Below are positions 47,801 through 61,028 of a DNA stretch of 64,000 bases, one piece after another (within the stretch, counting starts at the first letter, position 1; the number at the start of each line of letters is the position of its first letter). Source of the stretch: Balanoglossus misakiensis (Eukaryota; Animalia; Hemichordata); the NCBI GenBank assembly GCA_040954595.2, contig CM082594.2, positions 5,961,962-6,025,961 of the forward strand, given 5' to 3'. The notes under the pieces are model-generated. The model was not told the origin of the DNA. It ran no database searches and saw only the letters and a list, made by a program, of their open reading frames with translations. Made by a program: the position numbers and the translations under genes.

Positions 47801-50800
47801 TGATCGTTCCGTTACCAAACTAACACACAATCTTGCATAGTAAATTTGCTTAAAATATGAATTGGTGACCAAACTTTAAATAGAAGCCAGGAGCAGAAAA
47901 TGATTAGATGAGAATAAAACTAAAATATCAACACAAGAAGAGTCAGAAGAATAGAATGAAGTTTTTTTTCTTCTTCACGTGACCACTTACTTATTTAATC
48001 TTCTCAACTGTGATTTGAGATTACTGTAGTCGGGCCTATCGTTTGGATCTTCCGACCAGCAGCGCTCCATCAGAGGGTAAAGGTCATCGGGACAGGTGGC
48101 CCTATCCACACTTGGTCGGAAGTAAGGTTTGTGGCCGTCCCTCACTTTATTTACAATTTCTGAAAAATAGAAGGGAAATTGCGGGTCATCTGAAATAATT
48201 TTCCGTAGCACACCTGCTCGAAGTTACGTGCCAGTCAGGCGGGTGAGGGCGCTGGTCTTCCACACCGTATGTATTTGAAACCGGCGATATGGAATTAAAA
48301 TACCACAACTATTTTTCGCATTTCTATAACCCTGGATTTAGAATGACACGCATGCGTCGAAAGCTGATTTTCTTTTTAAAATAACGTGATAAGATGGGGC
48401 ATAGAAAATATGCGCAAAACAAGCCATTAAAACGTTACGTATTGACACACGACATTCAACACTCTGTTTTCTACATCCTAACTTATTTAATTGCAAGATG
48501 GGACAACGGCGTTGTCGGGGGAAATCTGACAGCCCTCACAAAATAACCCTGATTCGCCATAAATGCATCGTTTCTGAGATTACACCAATTTAGATAGAGG
48601 AAGAAAATGTTAACATTGGGATAAAATCTCGTCTCGCGGAAAATTACTCGCAGGCATGGCAGCGCATGTCAATGCGGCATCAATTGAGCGTGCTCGCGGA
48701 CGCGGATTGGGAAGATGTGCACGTACGCAGCGCGAAGGAGACAGGAATTACCAGCGTTTCAAGCGGCTGTTGAAACACTAATCATATCGTGAAAATACTA
48801 AGTTTCGCAGTGATTTGTGGCTCGATTTGCACCGGCATTGGACGATAATGACTCCCGGCATTACACCACCCGTAATCGCCCAAGACTTCGAGTGGACTTA
48901 GTTTGAACAAACGTCTACTCAGAAACGTCAATGTTATGTACTATTCCGGGTATTGTTGCCCAATTAGGCCTTTAATGGCGAAATCCCCTCCGTCAATTGA
49001 GCTCCTCTCGGCGGCCGATTTCCATGAGAAGGACCGGCCTTTCAGCCTCGGGCGTCGGGTGAAATACGCTTCGATACGTACGGTGCTGAGTGAAATGTAC
49101 TGATGGCAATGTTGGCGTATGAGTTACATGTATGTCGTTGCTTGGGGGAGAGGCAGAGACCCCGACTCACGCGAAAAGATTTAGTGTAAGTACTAGTAGC
49201 ACGCATACAAAGCAGTACTAGTTCACAACGGTTTTACGCGTTAGTCCAATAGTCTATTCCACAGCCGTACTTGACAAACGAATGTGTATTTTACATTAAT
49301 ACGAGAGAAAGATACATGTAGGTAAATCGTCAGCAAATCTGACAACTCGACTGAACGTTATTGCCTTGTTGATATAATGTGAGTAAATCGCGATTTTCCT
49401 CCCAATGGCAATGTTTTCCAATGGCAATGCGTAGGCGGGGAGGCATTTGCCATGGTTATCCCAGGTGCCGAGGAATACCGACAAACAATCATCATGGATT
49501 CGACTTAGCGATGTGCATCAACTCGTGTGCAGCTGGCTATATTCAGTGAATCTGGCATTACTAACAAAGTCTTCAAAACTGCCTTCAATAAGGGATGGCG
49601 ATTCCATTTTAAATCCGCGAGATTTCAGACATCAAGTCAATTTTGACGATGTTATCATAGAGTGGAGTGGGTAATAGAGCGCTCGCTAAAAGGCCTCGCT
49701 TGACAGGACCGTACGGAGAGATGTTTAGTTTTCGCTTAAACCAATACGAAAAAGTAACGCATTAGTATTAAATCCATAAAATTCGAGAAAAAAAGGTTCA
49801 AACGTGACGTACATTTAAATGCAAAAGTCAGACGTGCGAAACAAACATTTGGGCTCCTTGTGTTGCAAATAGTATAGGCTGTTGCCAGTAAAGATTTATA
49901 TATGCTAGGCTGTGGTACTAATTTGTGTTGGATGGGAACCTTGTACATACTGTGTTACAGACACACAGACAGACACACACATCTTACCTTCTGGAGAGAG
50001 ATCCATATGTGATACATAGAATGGGCCACATCGATGGACGATCTCCTGTATAATCACACCAAAACTGTACACGTCAGCCTTTTGTGTGCCCCCTAGAGGG
50101 GGCGATTGCATACGAAGAAGTTCTGGCGCAGTCCACAGCAATCCTAATTGGAAAGACAAAAAAAACTTAACTCTTGTGACCAAAATTGGCCTTGCTATTA
50201 TCGTCGCTTGTACCAGCCCTCTACGTGTCTGTATATTCATTGTTGTGTTTCTATTTTTTTCTGAAAGTCGTCTTATCGAAATCTCCTCTTTTTTCAAATT
50301 TCGCGTTTCTGAAGAACACCGTAGAAGCCATGCACAGACAGTCAACAGGTGTATACTGTTGCCTGATAAAAACACACTGGCACGCATGCGCACTGGAAAA
50401 CAGACTAAAATCTCACTTTGGTAGTATTGATGTGTCCCGTACTCCATTGAATAATCCTCGTCCTCCAGCCGGAAGTGGCTCAAACCGAAATCCGTGATCT
50501 TGAGCACAAATCTGCTGTCGACTACGCAGTTGGAAGATTTCAGGTTGCCATGGGAACTGATCACGCTGCTGTGCAAGAAGCTCATACCCTGAAAGCAAAT
50601 TGTAAGCTCGGTAAATTGAATCGGAGTTGTAGTGTCGTTGCGTGGAGATCATATTATGGTGCCATCATAATTTTCAGTGAGACATTTTCTTGATTTGTGT
50701 GTTGTTAAGAAAGAAAAGACTCACCTTGACAATATCATACATCAGAGAATACCTGAACATCCAATCCAGCTTAATTGCATCATTCTCCAGAATATCCTGT

Positions 50801-53800
50801 AGCAGAGAAAAGAAAAAAATGTTCACAGTGCTTGTACATGGCGTTGCCTCTAGTTTTTCTCTAAGGACAATATTTGATATAACTAAAATGTTAAGGAGTA
50901 TTGGATGAGTTTTTATGTCATGCAATATAGTCAGCAATATATCGCATTTAAAAAAAATGACAAATCAAAGTTATTCACCTGAAGACTTCCTTTTGGACAG
51001 TATTCTGTCAGTATGCAGATATTTGGTGGGTCTACGCAGGCGCCGATGAAACGGGTCACGTGATCGTGTTGAATATCTCTCATCTGAAAAGAGGAAGGTA
51101 TCGTTTAAGCATGGCAAAAATGATAACAACGTTTTCTGTTCTTAAACCCAGTTTGGTGTTTTCTTTTCTTTTCTTTTCTATAACATTGCAAAAAATCTTT
51201 ATACACCGGAGGCTAATCTGTAAAAGCAGTTCGAATTCGTCTCATCTTCTCATCTTCTCATGCGTTCGCGGCATGATTGTATGAAAGCGCAGGATTTCAA
51301 TTTATTAATATTAGTGTGTGTACTGACAATTTGCCGTTGGATAATATCTGCGTAATGCTGCCCTGTCAGTCAACCGTGAGGGGTTTCGGGGACGGCGAGC
51401 CAGACTCTGGAAGTGTTCGGTGGCGGGGGTTAATGCACAAGATAGTTGCCGCACCGCCCGTCCTTTGTCGCGAGACCAATTGAGCGAGAGAGAGAGACCA
51501 TCTTTCAAAGCAAATGAAAGGGCTCAGGCACCGGCAGTTTCTCTTATCCTAGCTCAATTCTATAGAGTGTCGGATTGAATATGTCTTACCCCGGGGGCGC
51601 AGAGGTTAAGTATTCTGCCCACCGGGGGACATTCTTCAAGCTCTGCCCACGTCACCCTGTTTTTTGGCCTAACATGATCTCAATTCAGGTTGGGGTTTAA
51701 AAGAAAGATTTAATGCTGGAGGAACTGTGGAATTTGAAGTAGCGTTAACGTGACGCTAATTGAAGACAGGATACAAATGTTAAGCACTCTTTCTTCTGGG
51801 GATATTTTCATTCAGGATACGATAAACACGTGCAGTGAATTCTAAATCACATTTTCTGTACGAAAAAAATATACTCGATTCAAAACTGCCTGAGAAACCA
51901 TAACCATGTATCTCTATGATAACATAGAAGATAAGCCCGAAAGTATGTCCTACTTGAACTACGAATTACCAGAACGTGGTTTGATATCTGAGACATAACG
52001 CAATATAAATAGATCACTTGGTCAAATTGGAATGGACGAAGGAAATCAACTTTTTTAAATGTTACTATAGCACAGATTTCCATTTCCTACATAGGCACTC
52101 GCTAATAATCTTTTTTTATAATATTATTATAATACGGAGCAGTATTCGAGGTAATGAGCGCTTTTATGACTGTACTGGTAAACCAATGAGCATTTTCACG
52201 ATCTTCAGTTATCGCGTTTCTTTCAAACGGAGCAATCATGCTATATCGTTGCGAATACATACATAGTAACAAAATTAAGCGCCCATATAAAACAAGAACA
52301 CTTAAAATTTCTTACTGCAGGGTAGGAGCTTAAATGGGCTCAGAGCAAAGGCTGCGACAAGGATTCTGGTACTGAAAGGGGTCAAATGCGTATAAAAGAT
52401 ACTAAATGCATAGTTGTTTTTATGTCTAATGGCGCTCAAATTACCATGAGTAAATCGATGTGCATCGATAACGCTTAGAAGAAAATCCGGAAAAAACCAG
52501 CGATGGCAGTTATCTCTGGCAGCAAGAGACGCTTCGCGGAAAAATATGTTTGCGAAAGAAAAAAACAGAACGGACGCTATCGATCGACGTCAGCTCCTTC
52601 TCCGGCTCTCGCGCTCGTAACACGAAACTGGCAGTGTAACTAAAACACTTCAACTTCAGTTTTGACTCCACTTATGAAACTTTGATTAGCTGTGCGCGGA
52701 ACTCGCTTTAACTGCGCAGGCAAACACGCGGCACCTGGCTCAATTTCCTGCGAGACGCGAAACACCATTCGACACCTGCTTGCGTTTCAATTAAAAAGCC
52801 TACCGCCCGGCACGTCACTGCAAATAAAACATTCCCCCGCTCGAGTTGCAATCTCCGAAAACTAAACATCGTTACGTTTTATTCGGTCTTTGGAAAGTGG
52901 ACCTAAGTGGAATGGGACGTGGGTTTCATGTAAAAACCCGTTTTTCTCGCCTAAATTTCAGTCTCTCACTTAAGTGCAAATGAAATATTTACACGCAAGG
53001 TAATGCGCAAAATATACATGGTTGCGCTTCGGCGGCTGTTGGCAAACTTCACCGCTAAGTAGCGCCTTACGATGGACGTATTTACTGAGGATTGCGTTAG
53101 CGGACAAAATTATACATCTACGACAGCAAGAAAAGCAAACGACCGATAAGACGGCAAGAACCGATGAAAAGTGGCTGCTAAATGTGCAGAAATCGAACGG
53201 ATCACGTGTCGTGCGCGCGGCCAAACCGACGCCGACTGCGGTATTACGGGGAGTTGAGCTTCGGGGCATGTGTGATTTACGGTCCGCGAGAGCTGCAATA
53301 CGAGTATACGATCTTACTTCTAGTGTTGTACGAGAGCCAACAACGCGTAATCGAGTTTTCGTCCTCGCTTATCGCAGACTGCGAGTAAATCACAGACGAC
53401 ACCAGCACACAACACAGAACGCGGCGATAGTTTACAGAAACCCTCATCGATCACCATTCTCGCTTTAATCAGTGGCCTGTTCGCGTTACTCCGTCGCATC
53501 GACATGGCGACTGTAAGCTAACCGACTGACCACTGGCAAACATTCAACGTTCATCAGGTCAACGATCACGCTGACTTTTCTCTTTGCATTTTTTTGCTAA
53601 TGGACGTAACGCTACGACATACTTTGCTCAGTTGTCATGTATTTTCCAGTCGAGTCGTTTCCCCAATTTTGAACGTTTTGGTTTTCCATAAAAACTTTTC
53701 TCGCGATAAACTATAATTATGTAGAGAAACTGTGGCCTCAACACACCCGCAGACGCACACATATATCCAAAGGAACGGCCCCGCCCTATGACCTGTACTT

Positions 53801-56800
53801 ATATTATGAACGTGACTGCGAGGCATATTAACTAAAGAGTCTACCACAAAGATTCGCGTCGGGTAAATCGTCTCAGTGACAGCGGTAATAGTTTTTTTTC
53901 TTAAGGTTATTTTCCGCGTCACGTTCAACCTTCAGAAAGTGATAATGTGATATTACTTGCACCATATCGTGTCGGTGTCACGTATTTCATTATGAGAAAT
54001 GCACGTTGTTGCCTGCCGACGAAACATCTTTCATATCTCCAGATTAGCCGAGAACTTTCCACGAAAATTCAGTCGAATGGACGATGGGGAGAAAGAAGTC
54101 TATAGGTGAGCTGCAAGGTAGTGTCTATGCATGGACTGTTGGACCAGATGGAAGTACAGTATAGCGCCACCTCGCGGTCCGGTCACCACAACTTGGTAAC
54201 TAAATAAACGATCCCCAATAGTTGAGCGTCACTGAGAAATAATATACTCATTGCATCTGCATGTATTGGGGGAAACCACACCAGCGACGTTCTAATGATT
54301 GGGAGGGAAAATTCACTGCCAGCCTGTTTTCTAATAAGCGGCCGAACAATATGTCGATACAAACTGAAGGAAAGACGCGATTGTTATTTTGTTCAGCAAT
54401 GAATTAAGCGTGAGACTGGGAATCTAATTGGCCGAGAGCGTCGTACGTATTCTTTTGGTCTGGGAGCACGAATCAAACATGTACGACAAGAACGATCACA
54501 GAGAAAAAGCTGCGAAGAGACCGCCTGGCGCCATCATGGTGCGCTTTAATCAAAAACTATATTATTTCGACTCTTTTGCAAAATACTGAATTAATTCAGT
54601 TCCAAAAGCAGTTCTTTTGAAACGTTTTGATTTATTTTCCGTTTTGTGCAATTGTCTGTTCACAGAAATGTTCGCGATGTGTGAAGTGATTAGCGTTTGT
54701 TTTCTCGTCAAGTGACGATCTGGTTATAGTGTCTTTCTATAAGCGTACTAGGCTCAGATTTGCTCAGTATCGTCGGAAGACATTGATTTGCAGCCCTACT
54801 GAATCCAGCGTTCTTCAGGTTTGCCAGTCGTTCGTCCATCGCTATTTTTGTAACTGCAGCTTGGTTTTGAACTAAAACAACATTCCGTGGGCGGTTGCTT
54901 TATATTTTATTTCGCAACCACTTCACGTTAAACCCCTGAAGATAAAGGAATGAATGAATTCGATTTTGTGAAAAATCCTTGTGTGAACTATACTTACGTG
55001 CTTCAGCTCCAACAGAATCTGTCTGGTGAGGTCGATCCTTTTACGATTCACGCGTTTGATTGCCACAATGTTTTTCTACGGAAAGGAGAAAATGGGTGAT
55101 TAATAATTAAAAATTAATAATCACGGCATCCATGTGAAATGATCGTTTATTTTTAGACTCAAACATATAACTTTCACATATGGGACCAGGGAATTTGTCC
55201 GAAGCGGCCTCGTTTCGGTCATAGTTCAGTCGGTACTCCCGGATGCACTGCATACACCTTTGTACAAGAATATCATTCTACAAAATCGGTACGGTGCACT
55301 TGGGTTAGAATATGAGTCATCTATTACACACGTCTGTCAGTTGAAATAACCAAGAGTAAATAGTCATGCCTAATTAGACCGGGCTCGATAAGTTTCTCGT
55401 AGTCTCCGAGATCGATGCGTTCCTATTTCCCCGACAACGGCTCGATTCATCATCGCCATGGAGTGCTGACCTTGGCTTAATTAAGTTACCGGGTGGCATT
55501 GATTTTGACTGAGAACGGATGTTTCTTGCGAGTGGCTCTGCAAACACTCGCGTCTAACTAGATATATCATTTAATTGCTTGGAAGGGGTCGAGTATCACC
55601 AACTTTGAAGTACGACACTGTCAGCGGTTCGCGAGTGGCACGCTGAAGACGACCAGTCAAATTTGACAAATCCTGATATTTTTAACGCCCTCGAATTTAA
55701 GCGGAAAAATATTTATGGAATCGACGGATATATGTGCACGAACCGATCTCGCAAACAACTCGGTCACATTTCGATCATTGCTGCAAGCCAGGTGTGCGGC
55801 CGGCTGGATGATGGCTATCGGAGATGACGTCACTGACGTTGGCACGAGCCAGCTAACCCTTTAATGGCGGCCAAATGCAAACCTGACACGTACTGAACAA
55901 TTTGACAGGAGCAATTTGTCAGTGTTCGTTTTCCCCCCGAAGGCACGAAAGTCAGCAATCTCAAGGGCGTACGAATGTACCTTTTTGCCCGAACAACGGC
56001 GATAGGCTTCGATTCGGGTCGACACAGCACATTAATCAAACATATCAATTATTGCAAGATAGAAACCGCGCGTGGCTGATCAAATACTCCCTATCGCTAG
56101 TTTGCAAATTACGACTCTATCTATAGCGCGGACGAGAATTCCGTCAGAGTGTAACTAGATATGCAAGATATTTTTCCAATCACCACGGTGTCGTCTGTTG
56201 TCCTGTGCGGTCGTCCTTATGCATTCTCGTCAGCATGTGGGACGTTCGAACGATAAGGACAGACCAATAAAAATAAATTGAAATCATTGCTTAGAAGCCA
56301 CGGAGGGTAAGCACATATAATTGATATGAAGACGTAAAGTTTAACTTTAAGGCCATGGTGCACGGCCAGCGCGCGACCGCTTTTTCATCCAAGACGCGGA
56401 TTATTCGCCGCAATGCTCCAGCTCCAACTGCTCGGGGCAGATTGCATTCGCGAGTGTGGAATATGCAAATTGCTCCCCTAATGAAACTTTCAAAGAACTT
56501 GTGTGAAACATCTCACCACTCGCGACAATGCTCCAAATCGAATTATTCCACGTACCGTGCACCCAGCAGGAAAAAAAAACATGCATTAACCATTACACCT
56601 TGCGTTGTTGTAAAGAAATGCGTCTTTTAATGAAATCGCCGGCCATTCATCACTCGGGCCATAATTCACGATATGGCATTAGCACATGGCTGCTTTTAAC
56701 ACCACGCGTGTATCGCTTACCTTGTAGTAACCGGTTCTCGTGAATATCTGCTGATTGGCCTCCCAAACCGACTGATTCGAATGTATGCTGGACCTCTGAA

Positions 56801-59800
56801 ATAAAAAAAATAAATGTCGCGTATAATTAAAATCCAATATTTGAGCAAAAATATATACACATTGAGAAATTCTGATCACATTAGCAATTATTTACTTTAC
56901 ATTGTACTTTTTTTCAATTCAACCACGTAAAAACCCGAAAGGCGGAACGATTTTGTAGAGACGAATACAGCTGCTCCAAAAGGAAATTCCTTTTTTTGAT
57001 AATCGTAACGAATCAGACGTGGGAACTCAAAAGAAACTGAGTCGAACCTGGTCATACCAAATGAAGATTGTAAAAAATATTCCTTTATCTCTCCAACGTC
57101 TCATATTTATTTTACCCAGATCCTATTCACTAAAAATCCGCCATTTGAAGTTAATCGTACCAAATTTCCCAGAAAGCACTCTCCACTTTCCTTCGATGCC
57201 GAATTTCCGAGAAAGTACTTTATATTTTCCCCCGATGGAAATTGTTCCGTATAAATTGTTCATGACGTCAGCGACAGCACAATACGTTCACGTCAAACGC
57301 TCCAGGTTAATCGTTAGACAATTTGGCAAATGTGTGTTTGAAATATTTGCGGCTCTAATATTTCCAAATCGCTTTCCATTAACATGACTCCTTATACACA
57401 ACGATATATGAGCCTAATAGCCTCGGCAAATGAAGCCACAATGACGATATACTGGATATGATAGGCTAGCGTATATAGCTATGTTTTTTCTGCAAAAACT
57501 AACAGTAAAATTGTAGTGACCATAAAACTATTTGATTGAACTCATTTGACTAATTCCACTGTTTCCTGATATCTTATAAAAGCTTTAAACTTTTACGGGA
57601 AACGCTTGGTCGTGAAGGGATTGAAAATTGATTGCGGGAGTAAAGATGGGTATCACAATTACAATCGTGTAAATGCTAAAGTTTTGTTTCTCTCTCTTAA
57701 AAATGAATTGATTAATCAAGCAATCGCGCGACTGATACGACTCCGCTGTTTTTTTAATATTAACGTCTACTGACCAAATTTTAACTGTGATTTAATAGAT
57801 AACAAAAAAATGACGAAATACCCAGTGATGGATAATTTTGTTGATTTGACTGGGTGAAAGAATCTCTTTTTTTTTCGCGTGGCTTCCCGGACCGATTGGC
57901 TGGATCTCCAGTATCCACAGCATCAGTCTGTGGCTGGATTTATGCTGACTATGTGCCTTTAACAAAGGGCCAACTTTGGGACTCCCTAATTGAGATGAGT
58001 AAGACGAAGAATTTGCCTAATTTAATCAACATTCATGGAAATCTTCAGGTTATACGTGGATAGCGTCATTGTTGGGAAGGGCGGGAATACACGGAGGATT
58101 AATTGTAAATCTGCGCCTCGAAAAATGCCATGATCATAGACATGGAGGCCACGATTGTTTCCATGGCAGCAATATTATATTAACAATAACCTTGCATCAA
58201 GGTGTACATGACAGAGTTCTGCTATTTGTTAATTCATGGACAGGTGTCGCGATGTCGGCCATGACCTTTGCCCTCACCCTCGATAATTATAATTTCCCGA
58301 CCGGAGGGGAGAAATCGGGGATAAGTGGCAGGATGTGTGAATTCCCAGCAGGGATGCTTTAAAGTCGCCCCGAGACGCCGATTAAAACGTGAATGCTGAA
58401 CCAATCACGAATGCGCGAACGGACTGACGTGGTTCAGCGCCTGCGTGGGGTGCTATCTCCCCGGAGTACAGAGCGACGGCTGTTAATGACTCGACAGAGA
58501 GATTCGCAAATAGATCATACATCGATTCATCTCCATGGATTGGTTGCTCTTTTGCAATTCGATCGGGCGAAGGGGGTGGAGGCGAGAGGTCTATACAAAG
58601 CCTTAGGGACAGTTATTAAGGTAACACTGGATGGAGTGATTAAACGATGTTCAATGCCAAAAGGAAATCCGAATAAGAAGGGCATACCATGTTACATGTA
58701 CTTCACCCAGGTATAGAAGTGAGGTTATTTTCGTCGCGCTTTTAATCACAAGGTGTCGACGATGAATCATCGCCATGTCACAACGCCCTGGTTTTGACAA
58801 GAATCCCAAAGACAATTTATCGCCCTTCTCATCCTCTGACGCAAAAGAGTAAGATATCAAAATCTGCTGGATGAGAAAGGGATACCAAACCCGCCACATC
58901 AGATTCAGAATATATCGCCCGTCCTGCGTCCCACCTTGCGCAATACACGAATTTATTACCACGAAGGCAGATCAACACTGCCGTATAAATAAATAAAGAA
59001 ATCGTATTATTTGGATTTTGTAGTCATGGGGACGGATCTGATGACAACAATCAATTTTCTCATTCACCCCTGTCTAATATAATATAGAACAGGCAGGTTA
59101 CGTCATCACAGTTTAAGTGTTATGGCGTTAAGTAGTAAAATGAACCCAGCCAAGTGGAGTAGCACTGAAGTCAAATGTGCGCTGATTGCTGAATGTGTGT
59201 TCCTTGGAGTAGCTCAAGACCTCCTCAGGCTCGTTACAGCAAGATCGCGTCGCCAAAGGCTCGTGCAAGGCCAATTTGCAAGATTGAACCCCTTCCTCGA
59301 TTCTAGGTTATTTGAAGTGTCGTAAGCAGCAGTTACAAGTAGTGGGCTATTGAGTAAAACGGCTCTCACAAATCACATGTATCACAGCGCTGCCGGCACT
59401 CATCACAACCGCTTGATCCAGTCAGCACTTTTACGATTATAGGACTGTCATGGCGCACAGTGTCAATAACAAAATAATCCCAACATATCAAGAAACATTT
59501 ACCATTTTCAGTACAGAAAGTCTTGACTTGTGAAGGCCAACAGCAAGCAAACTGTTTATAAAGTTTCAGGATAATCGTCTTACCTTTGAATGCAGACTTG
59601 TCATACTGCCCATTTTTCTTTTGTTCATGGGGTTGAAGTAAATTTCGTCCCATCTCACCTTCCAGGCCATGTCTGCCAAGGCGGATTCTAATTTGTACTT
59701 TCTGAAAATAAAATAAAATAAAATGACACGAGACGTTATAGCTAATTTTTATCACCGTTTAGAATGTCTTTGAAAAAAAAATACTTGAAAATCATGTTCA

Positions 59801-60862
59801 GACTACACCCGTCAATACACACACTCGGAAGAATGTTTTCGTAACTTGGAAATAGCTGGTAAGAAGGCAAAAACAGCCCGTGGCACGAGTTCATTAATCA
59901 CAAACGCTTTGCATTGAAATGAAGTAACAATGAAGGGTAGCCTAGGGAAAAATAACGAGGACCCTATTAAAACTTCTCCAACCACACATAAAACAAAGAC
60001 TTAAGCGGGTTACCTCACAGTGAACGGGAAAAAAAGCTATACATATTAATACAACTCGACTAAAATAAACATAACCTTTCCGTGAGTAATCCGTGTTCCC
60101 TTCGATTAATTTAAATAATCTGCTTGACATTCACGAATTTTTTGTCGTGCGTAACGATTTGCATTTTAAAGGTGATTAAGTAACATAGAGCCCCAAGAGC
60201 GATCACCAACTAAAAAAGTAGGTCTACTTTTGAATAATTTATTGTGTGCGAACATGGGAGTGTAACGGTTTTCATTCCAAGGCTAGCAGAAGTGTGATTA
60301 CAGAAACCGGAAATTTAAGGGAAAGAACGGGGAGTGTGATACGTTCGAGCATGAAACGGAACGGGATCTGTCGTCTATGCGTGTATTTTAGAAAGTGCAT
60401 GGCAGTGTCAAATGCCGGTGACGTTTCGCGCTAAACATAATTTTACAATTTCTTATGCAGCTGTTTTGGGTACATTGTGATGTTCTTATCGGACGCTTCA
60501 GAGGAAGATGGCGCCATCTTTGATCTTCCGGTCGACTCTCTGTACTCGAGTTATCTGTTCCGTTCAAAACATCAACCGACCTACTTATTTGACCGAATAA
60601 ACTGTTTCATTTCAGATATCGAGGCGAAAAGGGCCATTTCTTGAATGGAAGCGCGAACATTTGCCGCCAGACCCGGATGCCCATAAATCCCCGTCTCAGG
60701 CATCCGGTTTCCGGTATTGCAACCGATATTAATATGGTGACACGCTGCGCATGCCTAGTATTATACACATATACACTTACCTGTACAGAAGAAACGCCAC
60801 GATCGACAGAAGCGCAATCATGCTGCCGAACACGATTGCAATGATAGAAGCATTTGATAACT
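44700..60862 (-). CDS. NPR1-like: Gene 2: paralogous membrane guanylyl cyclase, NPR-A/B-like; 5'-partial (TM, kinase-homology, signalling helix and cyclase exons; 16 exons, ~616 aa in window)
   Basis: In-frame GT-AG splicing: [82 protein letters not shown] at 44700-44702. Ectodomain exons not found before 64000. Confidence 0.95.
45084..45175 (-). CDS. Gene 2 exon
   Basis: [30 protein letters not shown]. Confidence 0.93.
45471..45569 (-). CDS. Gene 2 exon
   Basis: [32 protein letters not shown]. Confidence 0.95.
45898..46075 (-). CDS. Gene 2 exon
   Basis: [31 protein letters not shown]...LRIGIHS. Confidence 0.95.
46475..46543 (-). CDS. Gene 2 exon
   Basis: [23 protein letters not shown]. 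Confidence 0.93.
46797..46920 (-). CDS. Gene 2 exon (cyclase)
   Basis: [41 protein letters not shown]. Confidence 0.94.
47403..47558 (-). CDS. Gene 2 exon (signalling helix)
   Basis: [44 protein letters not shown]. Confidence 0.94.
47991..48159 (-). CDS. Gene 2 exon
   Basis: [15 protein letters not shown]...[14 protein letters not shown]...RRLN. Confidence 0.93.
49988..50143 (-). CDS. Gene 2 exon
   Basis: [42 protein letters not shown]...LSPE. Confidence 0.93.
50417..50588 (-). CDS. Gene 2 exon
   Basis: [36 protein letters not shown]...HQYYQ |GTGAGA. Confidence 0.93.
50725..50796 (-). CDS. Gene 2 exon
   Basis: [24 protein letters not shown]. Confidence 0.94.
50979..51083 (-). CDS. Gene 2 exon
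   Basis: [35 protein letters not shown]. Confidence 0.94.
54998..55075 (-). CDS. Gene 2 exon (kinase-homology domain)
   Basis: [26 protein letters not shown]. Confidence 0.92.
56721..56795 (-). CDS. Gene 2 exon
   Basis: [25 protein letters not shown]. Confidence 0.9.
59584..59701 (-). CDS. Gene 2 intracellular juxtamembrane exon
   Basis: [39 protein letters not shown]. Confidence 0.92.
60781..60862 (-). CDS. Gene 2 transmembrane exon
   Basis: [27 protein letters not shown]; CACAG acceptor, AG|GTAAGT donor. Confidence 0.9.
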
Positions 60863-60897
60863 CTGTGAAGGAGAACGGAGAAAAGGAAATCATTACT

Positions 60898-61028
60898 CTG
60901 AGCATAAAATACGTATTGATACGTATTATCAATTTACATATAAATACGTATTGTATCTGAGAATAAATACGTATTGATACGTATTATATATTCACATATA
61001 AATACTATTGTATCTGAGAATCAAATAC
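60898..61028. repeat. ~58-bp tandem duplication (2.2 copies)
   Basis: CTGAG..ATAAATACGTATTGATACGTATTAT..ACATATAAATAC(G)TATTGTAT repeated, ~35 nt upstream of the gene 2 TM-exon acceptor. Confidence 0.8.

Noticed and set aside
38482-48159. Recent inverted duplication, assembly fold-back or ongoing gene conversion between the two genes
   Set aside because: Synonymous sites differ extensively even in the most conserved exons and the introns share no similarity.
51548-51580. tRNA gene (TAGCTCAATT...AGAGTGTCGGA)
   Set aside because: Only a D-arm-like fragment; no T-arm or acceptor stem.
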